Shown here: piece by piece, positions 62,059 through 64,000 of the stretch
Position numbering within the stretch: the stretch's first letter is position 1
Layout: each line of letters starts with the position of its first letter
Assembly (NCBI GenBank): GCA_016748015.1
Contig: JAAOMT010000295.1
Coordinates: 744,001 to 808,000, forward strand
Source: Geosiphon pyriformis uo1
Lineage: Eukaryota; Fungi; Glomeromycota
Length of the DNA: 64,000 nucleotides
Direction: 5' to 3'
Program-made: the position numbers and the translations under genes
The notes under the pieces: generated by a model
Seen by the model: the letters and a program-made list of their open reading frames with translations, nothing else
Told to the model about the DNA's origin: nothing
The model's database searches: none

Positions 62059-63854
62059 CTACACATCATCTGTTTCCATAGATTTAATTTCTTCAGCAGT
62101 AGAACTGCTTTAACTACTCTGTTTTTTCACTTGCTTCAGTAATTTCAGAATGAGTTTCAATAATTTTTTAATTTCCTTGATTTCCCTTTCTGGGTTGTAT
62201 GCCTTATTTTTCTCTGCCAAGTTAGACTTAATTAGAGTATTCTGGTTTGGTACCCTACTTTTTACCTTTCTTTTTCTCTCTGTATTGTGATTTTGCTGTT
62301 GAGCGACCATCATGTCTTTTTCCTTCTCTACTGTTACTTTAAGTTTGGCAGCTACTGTGCTCAGCAGTTTGGCTATTTTATCAACCTGTAGTCTCAACTC
62401 ATTAATTTAAGCCTTCTATGGTTGGTTGACTCCTCCTTTTTTTGGTTGGTTTTCTTTATTGTTTACTTGTGGACCAGGTTTTTGGAATTTGTTTGAATTT
62501 GAGCCATTCAGATTATAAGGCAGTCTGAGTGCAACCATTTTGGCATATGATTTTCCACCAAAAGCCTTGATATTTTCCTCTGGAACATTCTTCCTAACAT
62601 ACAGTTTTGCCAATCTAATATTGTTGGTAACTTTCTTGGTATCCCCTTCTTTTTTCCTTTGTAGAGTTGAACATTTGGAAACCAAATGCCCTATCTGGTA
62701 ACAAAAGTGGCACTCTTTGGCATCAGTAGGCACCCAGTGAACCAGTATGTTTCCAATTACCAATGGCTTTTTGGTAGCATTGTTGCAACTAGCTTCACTG
62801 TCAAATCCTATGTAAGCACAGCCCATCCTTGTATAGTTCTTACTAGTTCTTGAGATGAAGCAAGATCAGGCTTTAATCTGATCCAGAGTGGTGCTCAAGT
62901 AGTGAGCAGTACAGTTTTATAACAAACCTACTAGTTTGGCTTCCCAGGTTTTCCTTTGCTCAATAATCTTCTGGGTCTTAACCATTAAGTAAATTCTGAC
63001 TGTCTTTCCTAACCATGGTTGACCATTGGTTTACAGCTCTGGTTGCTGTATTCAACCACTGCAGATTGCCATTTTCCAGCTACTTTGATTTGAACTTTTT
63101 TAATCTTGTCAAATTTTTTTATAGCAGCTCCCACTTCTCTGTCTGAAATACCTAAAAAGATATCTCTTACCAGGACTTTTCTTTGACCAGCCATCTGATT
63201 GGTAATGCCATCAGTAGCCATTAGAAATGATTCAATCTTTTTATTTGCTAGTATTTCTCTGGCCTGGTCCCTTCCAGCCACTTGGGAGAAATCCACTCAG
63301 ATTTCTTGGTTTCTTGCCATCACAGCTCTCAAGAAATAACTGACATCTCCCAAAAGATTGTAAATCCACCTCACTTTCTTCTCCATAATTTTTTTTGGTA
63401 TATCTATTACTTGCACAAAAAGCACATGTCTTTTGGTTCCATAAACCACAGTTTTCTATCCTTTCTTATGGTTTGGTTCCATAAACATGGGTTTTTTGCC
63501 AAGTGATTTACTACTATATTGTCCTGAACTTGGACTTTCTATTCTGCTAGATAGGCCTGATTCAGAGTCTTCCATGTCTTCTATAGTGTTATCTGAATTA
63601 GCTTTATCTTTGTTTGCATCAAATAGATTGTTCATTTGCTTCTCAATTTCTACCACAGAATTTCTACTGTTAATCCTGTCCAAAATATCAGGGTTGCATT
63701 TTCTTAGAGCTGCTTCTATCTGCGCAGCTCTTTCACTATTTCTATTAGGTACTTTTGAAGGTTTATCCAATTTTTTTAGGGACTTTGAGGCCCCTTTTTC
63801 ACTAGTTCAAGCTTCTATTTGGAATTTGTTGCTATTTTTTCCTTTGTTAAACAT
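62059..63854 (-). pseudogene. LINE3 ORF1
   Basis: MFNKGKN..; ORFs 63456-63770, 63009-63296 (WQSAVVEY), 62416-62826 (CCHC) and 62110-62397. Confidence 0.85.
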
Positions 63855-64000
63855 TGGTTGCAAAACAAAGTTGTTGGTTTGACCAGTTGTGTTTTTGAAT
63901 AAATTTTTTTTAATAACTTGGTTGAATCTTTTGGTTAGATCTTTTACACTTATTCTTCCAATATGTCTGTATTTTTTATTAGTTTTTTCCTCTAGTCTGT

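Larger units (their letters stand above)
54814..62069 (-). pseudogene. LINE3 ORF2 (APE-RT-RNase H-Zn finger), split by the insertion at 58636-61036; last codons and stop at 47180-47186
   Basis: ORFs 61635-62069, 61207-61437, 57940-58545, 57404-57751, 56901-57359, 55927-56181, 55545-55820 and 55227-55529. Confidence 0.9.
47038..64000 (-). mobile_element. LINE3: RNase H-bearing non-LTR retrotransposon; 5' UTR runs to the window edge; interrupted by Gypsy D+ and by ORF1-only copy 1
   Basis: Poly-T at 47038-47050 and 3' UTR at 47051-47179. ORF2 has APE (GTINVRRLN, METKL), RT (HLAFVDDTMW), RNase H and CKIC..HFWEC. ORF1 has CHFCYQIGHLVSKC. Confidence 0.92.

Overview
No host gene is recognisable in this 64 kb window. 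It is a very AT-rich, C>T/G>A-decayed eukaryotic transposon cluster; the protein style recalls Glomeromycotina/Mucoromycota fungi, which is an inference from memory and was not searched. It holds nested Ty3/Gypsy LTR retrotransposons of four families (A-D). Three copies have both LTRs, a PBS, a PPT and a 4-bp TSD: B 10170-20049(-), C 32215-42329(-) and D+ 47191-54813(+). There are also three LINEs (two with RNase H-bearing ORF2 in view), two ORF1-only non-autonomous retroposons, a Tc1/IS630-like transposase fragment, and an exact Tn5/Nextera mosaic end that marks a probable assembly chimera. First main finding: all four Gypsy families share an unusual multi-ORF plan. Integrase is a stand-alone ORF, and a conserved ~220-aa non-env ORF sits between integrase and the PPT. 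Families B and C add a large Cys-rich domain plus dUTPase inside pol, and family D has a U_UUA_AAC -1 frameshift signal. Second main finding: two homologous ORF1-only (HAL1-like) retroposons each carry the 3' UTR of a different autonomous LINE family in the window, joined at the stop codon. All alignments were done by eye and nearly all ORFs are pseudogenised.
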